A DNA stretch of 64,000 nucleotides from Lophium mytilinum (taxonomy: Eukaryota). The stretch covers positions 2,108,001 through 2,172,000 of the forward strand of contig MU004183.1 in the NCBI GenBank assembly GCA_010093605.1, in the 5' to 3' direction. Shown piece by piece: positions 26,158 through 35,670 of this stretch. Each line of letters starts with the position of its first letter. The stretch's first letter is position 1. A program made the position numbers and the translations under genes. The notes beneath the pieces are model-generated. The model saw only the letters and a program-made list of their open reading frames with translations, was not told where the DNA came from and searched no databases.

Positions 26158-28885
26158 TCAATCTATGATCCAAGCCTGCCTCTTCGGCTCCGAAATGAGG
26201 GGCCGGAATGAGGCATCGCGCGTGCACCCCACCAAAATGAATACAGATCACCTGAATGTTAATATATTTTATTATGAAATTTATTAATATAAGGTCAGCT
26301 AAGAGACTCTACCTCTAGTCTTTTTAAAAAAGAATCGCAATAGATTTGGGTGAGTTACATTCAAATTGGTGGGGTGCGCACGATGCCTTATTCCGGCCCC
26401 TGATTTCGGAGTCGAAGAGCCTGCGTTTCTCCCACGTCTGTGGCCTCAGCGAAAGTGACATACTGCCGATTTGCATCCAGCCAAATGCCTTTTCCATCCG
26501 GGAATGACGTATCAGCATTTTCTGAATGATCCCGGACCCCATCAACTACTGGAGGAATCCCAGGCTGACGCCGGCTCACGCGGTGAGCAAAGGCCGCCCA
26601 CATGCGCCTGCAAACGAGTGTGCCAGTTGCAGTCAGCCGACCTAGAACCGCGACCATGATTACGAAAGAGTTGTCGTTTAGAACATCACCAACTTCATAA
26701 TCTAGGGGAGGTGTGCAAAGATGAACCAGCCCCGCGATTGGTGCTCCGTATAATTTGAGCGGATTGCGAGCCCTGATTCTGAAACCGTCTCATTACAAGC
26801 TTTCATGCTCGGAGTAAACGGTTGTACCCTGAAATATTCCTTCCGCTCTTTGTTGTATAGCATGATGTCTTCAATGATGCTCAAAGAGCGGTCTTTGAGA
26901 GGGAAATGCATCCCCAAAAACGTTGCCTTCAGACCTCTTGGGCATCGTGTCGCAGCAATATAGCGGGGAGATTGGACACTATGCGAACTTAACGAAAAGG
27001 CTGCTACTGAGATCAGGGAGGTTGGTGCCCAGCGATAGCCATCTACAGATAAGGTTGGTGTGTTCCAGAGTAAGACTTCTGCAGGGACTTCAGTCATCTG
27101 CGACCAAAAATTCAGCATCCTTTGGTCTACTCGAGCTGCCATGATTTTCTCTATATCCAGTCTCAAGAGAGTCGCGAGGCACAGAGGCTCGTCGGAGGAT
27201 ACGCTTGTTGCCCGATGGAAGAGGGCAGTGGCGAGGTATAAGAGCTTTTCTCCGTGAGACAATGTAGTGAAACGATGACAGAGAATCTCGGCGGCTCGCA
27301 ACTCTATAGAGGCCCTCAAAGAGTTCTCTGACAGTGGCCCAGTAGCGTTTTGGACGCAGTCTAACGTGCTTTCGAAATGACATACGCCATCTTTGAACTG
27401 AAAGAACAGTTGGCGTGCGAGTGCGCCCTCTTGAAGGGTCCAAAGGCGACGATTCCACGGGGAGCATGTTATCCGCATCATAAGTTCTATGTCAGTCTTG
27501 TCTTTAAGGTTGACTGACGAAATTGTCCGTTCAATGACCAAGACCGCCCAAGCCTGGCTATAAGTGTCCCGCATGCGCATTATTGCCATCTCTTGCAAAG
27601 CTGGACGGTTTGCAGAGTCCGGCGGCACGCACAGAGTGTCGAGCCAGAAGTGCTGGACTCTGCGGTCCTCGGCAAATTGACAAAGATCTCGGATGAGATA
27701 GCTCAACCTTCTCACTTGGCATGTCGGTATGGCGTTCTCCCGGTTGTTGCCCAACCCGTCCGACCAAACGTGCGATATTGCGACATAAGGTATTGATGGA
27801 TCGCATTTGGATAACTTGATTGTGCCATTCGAGACTGTGTCGTCCAGTATAGATACTACTGGAAATGAGCCGTCCGAAAGGATTTTATCCATGTCGTTCA
27901 TGTCCACAGCCGTGTCTGGACGATTACCATCGCAGCCGTCGTCGTGTGCTCTCCGGTAGTCTCTCTCTAATACTTGGACTTGACTGCATTGCCGCCCTGA
28001 ACAGATCAGTCTTTTCTTGATCATCGACTCCTGGGTCTCGTTGGGAGGAAAAGGACCGAATGTCGTAGCCGTGACATGTCTTCTCCATGGGTCGAGCCTA
28101 TCGAGGTGGGCCATGAAATATCGGCCGGACATGTTCAATCTTTGGTAGATACTTTGGACATCGTACGGGCACCACCCACGATCAATAAACTTGCTGACGA
28201 GGAATGGCTCGTCGCATATTGCGGCTGGATTCTGAGAGTATCTTTTGAACTTCTTTATTGGTACTTGTCGGGGAATCTCTTCAAACGAGATGTTGGAGCT
28301 ATCGCCAATGGGACAATTGGCTTCAGAAGTGAGACTCCACTCCATGAGAGCCCCTATTGAAAACATTATTCTGCTATCCAGGGGGCATTTTGGAATCAAT
28401 GATGCCGACTTGTTAGTGGTCAGATACGTGTGAAGTGAGATTTTATGCGCGCCCAAGTTGTCTTCTAGTGGGTCTTTCGCTTTAGGACGACGTTCGGGTT
28501 CCATCAGGTTGTAGTATATCGGGCCCACCATCTTGAGACTCCGCGACCTGATATCAGTAGCGTCGATGCCCTTAATGAGCTCTGCGATCATGATTATTCT
28601 TGAGCCAAGTTTCCCGGGGCGTATAAAATCTCGAACAGGAATTCTTCGACCCAGAACCGTATCCAGATAACCCCAGAATAGCCAAGTTTGGAGAAACGCT
28701 TGGAAATATGCTGGCGGGTTTTTGAAGATCTTGTCCGCCCATTCGAAGATTGTTCTGTGCTTGTAACCTCGTCTTTCAGGATACGAAAAGAAATCTAAGC
28801 CGTCATATTCGCGCTCCTGGTCCTCGAGGTAGGGGACCTCGAAGAAGGGCGTCTCTATCCCGCGAGGTAATGGAAGGTAGTCCAT
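26158..28885 (-). CDS. HET-domain (heterokaryon incompatibility) protein; intact 727-aa ORF at 28885-26702, original 3' end disrupted by a frameshift and a MITE
   Basis: YVAISHVWSDGLGN, FWLDTLCVP, MRDTYSQAWAVLV, WNRRLWTLQEG (HET domain about 27420-27790); N-terminal YDGLDFFSYPERRG and FLQTWLFWG blocks. Confidence 0.93.
26180..26419. mobile_element. Non-autonomous long-TIR element (MITE; possibly Mutator-like)
   Basis: About 80-bp terminal inverted repeats (first 43 bp match at 39 positions), AT-rich core, flanking direct repeat CCTGC (26175-26179, 26420-26424), extendable to AGCCTGCCT/AGCCTGCGT. Confidence 0.88.
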
Positions 28886-29097
28886 TGTCGTGACAGTCTA
28901 CACCTCCAGTGCGTCTAAAGTCATCTTAATATACGTACTAGTTTTCCATTGAAGGCCAGGAAGCGCTTAGATTTGCGTAGAGGCTTGTTAACAAACTCTT
29001 TCCCCTTCTGTGTTCTTCTAAACAAACAGTGTTGGTAGCAACAATGATTGATAAAGAGGCCGGGCTCTATATCATTTTTGGAGCACCAAATCTAATC

Positions 29098-30351
29098 ATG
29101 ATGCCGCCGTTGAAAGGTCTCGCAAGATGGGCGCCTTTCAAGATCGATGCACTGGGTTTAGTCACACTGTTAGGTGTTCCTGAAGTCGACCAGGCCATCG
29201 GAAAGCTCACATATCATCGATATCTAGAGTTCTTCCCGCTTCTGGGGGCACATATTGTAGCTTGTAACGCATACCTGAAGCCGATACCCGGGTTCGAGCT
29301 TTACAACCTGACAGACGAAATCAAAGCGACTGATGTTAGCGGCTGGTTTGCGAGATGGATTCTTGGACACTCACGCACAGAGGTGCAGGATGCTAGAACG
29401 GTAATTCGCATAACAGACAAAGAGACAGAGCAACAGAAACTAAGCTGGGTTAATCGATCCAGTGTCACGGGAGCCTTCGTGCTTTGCGTACTGATTGTAT
29501 TTCCTGCAATCATGGGAGATTGGTGGGGCCTGTCAAACGCCATTTTCATTGCGGCCTCAATCGTAGTCCGGTGTTTCCTGCTTCAACAAGTACGATCCGT
29601 CATCGACCAGATAGTGAAGAATTACGAAGGACTTCCAACCAATCAAAGAATACAGGTCAATGAAGGCACTGATAGCATCGAAAGGATGGAGGAGAGCGAC
29701 GGAATTCCGTTGATTGAATTGACCGAGAACATAATCGACCACATGAAGGAGAGAAATGGGCAGGAAGTCAAGGCACTCATGGTTCTCCCAACAGGCTCTG
29801 CTGTAACGATCTGCGCCACTCGCGGCATCATATTAGCGTTGCTGACAACGCCGTCTGTGTTTCGCAAGACACCAGAAGAGACCGACGGCCAGTTCGAGCA
29901 GAGAGAGAAGCACCTGCAGCGCCAACAGCTCGCCATGCGATGCATTGGTTGGGCTGCTTTTGTCGGCAATGCGTTGACGCTTGGATCGGCTAGTCTCTTT
30001 TACCAGATGATCTGTGTCGTCATCCAGACTCTTTCTACGGTGCTATATACCTGGGGCGTTTGGGAAGAGCGATTCGAAGTCGGCAGCCGTCTGAAGCTAG
30101 AAATAGACAACGAACCCCCAGACATCATCAAAGATGACAGGCGGACGGCTTATGCGCGACTCAATCTTTCAGAGACCGAAGAGAATTGCATGGTGGCATG
30201 GGCTCTTGCACCACAGAGAGGGAATAATGACTGGTGGCCTAGGTACTTCAGGACAAAAGAAGATTTGAAGCAAAACAACCTCTTTTTGTATCCCGACGCC
30301 GAAAACGTCGAACTGGGGTCTGCAGGGGCAGGTGTTGAACTGGCTGCGTAA
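29098..30351 (+). CDS. Hypothetical multi-pass membrane protein divergent from the HET gene
   Basis: Intronless ORF of about 417 aa; WAPFKIDALGLVTLLG, LYNLTD, GDWWGLSN, 4 hydrophobic segments, W-x-LAPQRGNNDWW. Confidence 0.85.
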   Translation: MMPPLKGLARWAPFKIDALGLVTLLGVPEVDQAIGKLTYHRYLEFFPLLGAHIVACNAYLKPIPGFELYNLTDEIKATDVSGWFARWILGHSRTEVQDARTVIRITDKETEQQKLSWVNRSSVTGAFVLCVLIVFPAIMGDWWGLSNAIFIAASIVVRCFLLQQVRSVIDQIVKNYEGLPTNQRIQVNEGTDSIERMEESDGIPLIELTENIIDHMKERNGQEVKALMVLPTGSAVTICATRGIILALLTTPSVFRKTPEETDGQFEQREKHLQRQQLAMRCIGWAAFVGNALTLGSASLFYQMICVVIQTLSTVLYTWGVWEERFEVGSRLKLEIDNEPPDIIKDDRRTAYARLNLSETEENCMVAWALAPQRGNNDWWPRYFRTKEDLKQNNLFLYPDAENVELGSAGAGVELAA

Positions 30352-30597
30352 AAACAATAATTGACTGCCGCAGACAGGCTAGAGAGACGTTTGAATGAAA
30401 GATATCAGCGAACTCGACCTCAAATATGTAGATCAATCTGGCTAGAATGATGCAGATATGGTGACGTTTTGTGTCTCGTGCTAAGTAGAATATAGTTTGT
30501 CACGGCAGTCCAATCTTTCGGGCGACACATCGGATCTTCAAAGCCTGCTTATTCGATCCTAGGACCCTTGCTTGTTTGTAAAGTTGTACTCACAATC

Positions 30598-31444
30598 TCA
30601 ACCCAACCCTCTGCCCCGACCTCTCAAACCTCGCCCGATACCACTTCCCGCCCTCCCAACTGAACTTGCTCCTCTTGGTAGCCCTCTGCCTCCTTGTCCG
30701 CCCACGCCCACGTATCCACTTGATGCCGTCGACGAGCTCCCTCTCGTACCTCTTGTACCCCTCCCTCTACCACGCCCTGGAGTTCTTGAGGAGGCTGCCT
30801 CCCTCCTCCTGTCCTCCTCAGCTAACCTGCGCGCTGCAGCTTCCTTCCTCGCCTGTTCCTCAGCCTCGCGTCGTGCAGCCGCCTGTTGCTTTTGAATCTC
30901 TTCGTTCTCAATGTCGGCTAGATCTTGAGTAGCACCCTGCCAATTCGGGGAGAGGATGAGCCTTTGATTGTGTTCGGTTTGGGAGAGAATGCGGGTCCAA
31001 GTTTGTAGTAGGGTGGAGGCGTTTTGAACAGTACGGGAGACAGTCTGCGGAAGTGTTAGGCTTCGTGATATCATTTCTTGGTTAGGTTTGACATGACAAC
31101 TCCAATGAGGACGGCTTCTTCATTATGATATGGTAGACTTTGCGATTGAATAGTGCTTCACATACATCCATGTTGCTCTTCGCCTTCTCCAAGCTCTCAA
31201 CAACACCCTCTATGACTTTGTTGACGTTGCGCACACTCTCTAGCTCTTTCCGCAGGGCCGCTTCTCGAGCCTCTTCTGTGGTGTATTTGGACTCGGCTGG
31301 ACGCGTTTTCGAGGCTGCAGGAGCTTCTTCGGACGCGATTTTGGCTTTGGCATCTTTCGATTTCCCTTTGCGCGTGGCGGGGGTGTCGAATAACGCGTCG
31401 TCGGAGTCTGAGAGGGTCAGGTCGTCGAGACTGGGGTGGTCCAT
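30598..31444 (-). CDS. DUO1: DASH/Dam1 complex subunit Duo1 (intron 31045-31165)
   Basis: REAALRKELESVRNVNKVIEGVVESLEKAKSNMD-TVSRTVQNASTLLQTWTRILSQTEHNQRLILSPNWQGA. Confidence 0.93.
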
Positions 31445-31948
31445 GGTGGGGGATGCGTATAGGAGTATGTGTTGTTCGAAACTGGGATCTCTTCGGTCAA
31501 AAGGGAGTCAATTCGTGGTGGTTCGTGAAAGTCTGATGCGGTGGCCGTTTCCCGCTTGTGCCACGTGGGGGGTATTGGAGTGAATTGAATTACCTATGCG
31601 GCATGTTGTGACGAAGTGCCAACGCCAAGCTCCCGCCGAACGAGGAAAGGGCGATCGGGAGGCTGGGTCGTTCCTGCCCAGCAGCCCCAGCCACTTGACA
31701 ACATCAGTTCCCCAACTTCAACACCACCCACCATCAACACGCTCTCCTTCTACATCAATTCTTAATCTCGTCTTGGAACGGCTTGATTCCCGACTCTACG
31801 GTACGCTGTGCATTTCGCTTGTATTGACTGCACCAACTACACAGCTGCATCGGCACCCAGCATCGAACCATAACACGCTTCCGCCTTCTCGCTCCTTCCG
31901 CCCTTCCACTGTTTAGACGAGAAAGGACCTCACTTCTCACCTCTCGCG

Positions 31949-33451
31949 ATGGCCTCTACTCCCCCTCCACGATCTCGTGTCCACACGCCGCCTACACCTC
32001 TCCACGGCGCGCGCTACGACGCCTATGAGCCCTACTCTCCCCGCCGTTCTACTCGTGTTGCTGCTCAACGCAAGCCATTCCTAAGCAGCGACTCTACCCC
32101 GCCGAAAGTGCATCGTTCCGTGCGCGCATCGACGCCGACCGGCAGCCGGAAGCAAACAGCTGGCACCTCCAACCAGACCTTGAGCCAGACCTTTTCTCCG
32201 CCAGCTTCACCCTCCTCGCCAATTGTCCACTCCGCCATCAAAAGCCCGCGCTCTATGCCCCGCCGACGCGTCAACAACGGCCTGCGTAACCATCACGAAC
32301 TCCATTTCTCCGATTCAGACGACATGCCATCAGGAGAGGTATCGACAACAAACCATCTCTCCATCCTAGACTCACGCGGCATGCTACCCACTCCGGCGAA
32401 AACACCGCGTAAGCGCAACGTCCAGGACTCTGCGATTGCTTCCACTGCTCGTGTCCTGTTTCCCAGTCGCCCATCCACCATTGAGGACGCCATGCCTACC
32501 CCGCGAAAGAGCCGAAAGGGCCGGAAGAACGCGTTCACGTTGCAGTCATTTGCGGAGGGCGATGATGAGGACGAAGAGAAGATCGAGATCTACACCGACA
32601 CGAGGGAGCGGATCCCCAGCCTGGACCCGGACGAAGACAATCCATTCATCACGCGCAGCAAGAATGGGAAGAGCAGGGCAAGCGCTAGCATTGCGGCTCC
32701 GGAGCCAAAAAGGCGGAAGATCAGTCCTAGCGAACAAGCGCGAGTTAGGAAGATGGAAGAGAAGGCGAGAAACAACGAGGGCATGATCTACGTATTGTAA
32801 GTTGATCCATATCGTCCTTTCAAGTGAATATATCTAACACCCTACAGCCGCGGCCGCAAACTTTTCCGCAAATTCGACGACGCCTCCGTCTCCTCTGGGA
32901 GTGACAACGAGACCAATCTCGCCTCTACCACCGTTGTCCGCCGTCAAATTGGTGCAGCTGCCGCTCGTCCCTTCACCCGCTCCACCATCCAACCGCGTCT
33001 GCTCTTCCCGAATGAGGAGCAACGCCGTGAGCGCGAAGCCGCCCAACTCGCTGAGGAAGAGGCGACGACCGACATTGAAGCTCCGGTTCCCATCCCGAGC
33101 TCCACCCGCAAAGGTAAAGGCCGTGCCAACCACGAAGCCAGTACGCCTGTGAAACTGCACTTCTCTCCCGAAACACCGCCTTCCACTGGACGCGTGCGCC
33201 GTACTCGCCAGACAGACGTCGTGATTGAAGAGCCGGAGGAGCACATGGAGATTGATGCCCACAGCGGGGAAGAGGTACGCACACCGGTGCTGCCACAGCA
33301 GAAAGGCAAAGGCAAGAAGACGAGCCCGTTCGATTCCTGGCAGCGCGTCAAATCTGCTGCTCGAACTGTGAGTGGAAGAGGCGCGAAGAGAGAAGGCGAT
33401 GTCCTGGAGGGAAACGGAAAGAGAGTCAGGAGCTCCGCTCCCGGTATCTGA
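31949..33451 (+). CDS. Ser/Thr-Pro-rich disordered protein, probable Rum1/Sic1-like CDK inhibitor (intron 32797-32847)
   Basis: MASTPP..TPPTP, LPTPAKTPRKR, DEDNPF, spliced EGMIYVFRGRKLFRKF, RSTIQPRLLFP. Confidence 0.75.
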
Positions 33452-33914
33452 GATGTTTTGGAGCTGGTAGGATGATGATCAATGGGTAAAGATGCTGGGA
33501 TGAGTGGATTGGGACTACGGAAGGTGAGGAACTGGATGCATTCATGATTGTCACGAATTTTCTGCCTTTGGGCTGGCTGCATGGTGTTGGATACGGTTCT
33601 TGCTTTTGGTTAATGACTTAGACTACTTCATCAGTAGTCCAAAGCCGAAGTCTACTTTTGGCACGGAAGCACTGTCCTTTTCGTCCTCCGGCATATTGGA
33701 AAAGGTTTCATAGCACAGGCGGCGGATAATTCTCGAAGCAGCAAACCCAGAAATTACATAGTTGTATTGAACAGATCTTATATCTCCACATACGCCACCA
33801 ATGCAGACGTGACGCCTGAACGCTCTCTGCGCATCCGATTCCCAAGGTACTCCAACATTCCAGATCCAAACGCCTCAAACAAAGCCCAGCCCCCCAATCC
33901 AATACACGCGATAA

Positions 33915-35267
33915 TCACTTCTTCACCGCCGGCTTCGCGGCAAAGAAACTGCTCAACTTTTTCATCCCGCTCGTATCCACCTTCTTGAGCTGCTTCAGGC
34001 TCCGACTCTCCGCCTTCTTCTTCTTCTCGTCCTCCTCCTTCTTCCGCCGCTTCTCCGCCCGGATCTCAGCCTGCTCGTCCGCGTCCTCATCTAACGTGCG
34101 CTTGCGGCTGATGTTGTCGGATACCGATCTCAGCGCCGCGGATTTCTGCCGCAAGGAGGCGAGGTGCGCGAGGTGGGCGTTTAAGGGGGTGAAGTCTACT
34201 ATCGGCGCTACGAGCGCGGCGTTGATGGAAGCGTGCAGGGTGGGTGGTATGAGCGAGAGGAGGAGAGAGAGGGCGGTGCGCAGGCGGAGGAGGTGGGGGA
34301 TGCCTTCTGGGGCTGCTATCACTGGCGGAGAGACGGAGGTGGTGGATGTCGCGTCCGTAGTCTCTGACTTGACGGTTGTTTGCGAGTCTTCGGTAGGTGT
34401 TGCAACGGCGGTAGTCTGCGATTGCGAGTCCGTAGCTTCACTGCTCTCGGACACGTTGACTCCACTGTCTTCGCGCGGGAGGTCTAAGACAGGCACGTCG
34501 AGCGCGCTGCAGACGAATTTCTCTTCCATGGACGCGGGGAGGCCGTTCGCGGCCATGCGTTCTGCTCTTTGGAGGAGGGCGGCGACGAGTTTGGGGGAAG
34601 AGAGGCGGTACATCTTCTCGTCGCCGGCGTCGACGATATCGCTGACGGATTGCATGCGCTTTGCGATCCGGGCTTTGAGCTTGGGGGTGCGGAGGAGGTG
34701 TTTGAGGTGGGGAGAGTTTGCGGTGAGGGTATCGAGGTGGTCGTCTAGGGAGAGAAAGAGCTGTTTCTGGTGCTCCTTTGCGGTCGACTTGGGCGCAAGA
34801 GCGGGGAGTAGGAGGAAGAGTATATCGAGCGGTGTGGCTATGAAGAGGTCTGCGGATTTCGTGATGTAGCCTTTATCCACTGACGCTGTGTCCTCCTCTT
34901 TCGCAGTCCCTGTGTCGGCGTTTTCAACAGAAATTCCCTCACTTTTGACCACGGCACTCTTGCTAGGCCCATCAGCCTTATGTGACCGTGGTGGTGCTAG
35001 TAACCAGCTTCTTGGGGAGCTTCTCGGCGCGGCAATCTTGGTAAATTCGTAAAATCCTTTCTCCGGACAGAAGTAATATCGGGTTGGAGTTGCGGTTGCG
35101 GGATGGGACAGTGTGACAATTCGCGCATCCCGGGACGTGTCTTTTGGGAGGACAAATAATCTTAGAGGATTTGCGGCGCTGGGAGGGAGAGTTGCGGGTG
35201 CGGTGGTTTCGGGGGTAATGATTTCCTTGGACACTTTTGCGGCTGGTTTTGAGCGTGTCCGAGCCAT
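33915..35267 (-). CDS. RNH202: Ribonuclease H2 subunit B
   Basis: RIVTLSHP..., FYEFTKI, PRSWLL, LFIATPLDILFLLLPAL, and C-terminal LKKVDTSGMKKLSSFF (PIP box). Confidence 0.93.
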   Translation of the reverse strand: MARTRSKPAAKVSKEIITPETTAPATLPPSAANPLRLFVLPKDTSRDARIVTLSHPATATPTRYYFCPEKGFYEFTKIAAPRSSPRSWLLAPPRSHKADGPSKSAVVKSEGISVENADTGTAKEEDTASVDKGYITKSADLFIATPLDILFLLLPALAPKSTAKEHQKQLFLSLDDHLDTLTANSPHLKHLLRTPKLKARIAKRMQSVSDIVDAGDEKMYRLSSPKLVAALLQRAERMAANGLPASMEEKFVCSALDVPVLDLPREDSGVNVSESSEATDSQSQTTAVATPTEDSQTTVKSETTDATSTTSVSPPVIAAPEGIPHLLRLRTALSLLLSLIPPTLHASINAALVAPIVDFTPLNAHLAHLASLRQKSAALRSVSDNISRKRTLDEDADEQAEIRAEKRRKKEEDEKKKKAESRSLKQLKKVDTSGMKKLSSFFAAKPAVKK

Positions 35268-35390
35268 CTTGAAGGCCAATGTCGTGGTATGTTGTATTCA
35301 GCGTAATTCTACAGCTATAAGCACTGTTATGGTAGAGTTTAGAGGAGAATTGTGTTGTTTGAACGCTGATGGTGGGCTATCAAAGTGCAA

Positions 35391-35418
35391 GTCGCGTCTG
35401 CGCGTGAGGCAATCGCGA
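35391..35418. promoter_or_regulatory. Three clustered CGCG (MCB-like) cores in the RNH202/MCM10 divergent promoter
   Basis: GTCGCGTCTGCGCGTGAGGCAATCGCGA between two S-phase genes. Confidence 0.45.
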
Positions 35419-35670
35419 TCCCAGGCTTAGTTTCACATTTAGAAGCGGCAGGGGTAACGACAACCCTTGCAAAGACAACATTCCACTGCGCCGTCAGACT
35501 TCAGCTCAGCGACTGGACGCGCCGATTCATTCATAGACGCTATTCACTGCAAGCCTGGGAATCAAAGCGCTTACAGTTTTCTCAATTCCGTGGGACATGG
35601 GATCAGCAGCTGTTGCGCCATCGATATCACCCGCGCGGGATCAACACCACACCTGCAGCACTGCGCGGCG

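Noticed and set aside
33985..34869. 294-aa antisense ORF (and similar ones at 12110-12832 and 21267-21863)
   Set aside because: Shadow ORFs opposite real genes, caused by codon bias
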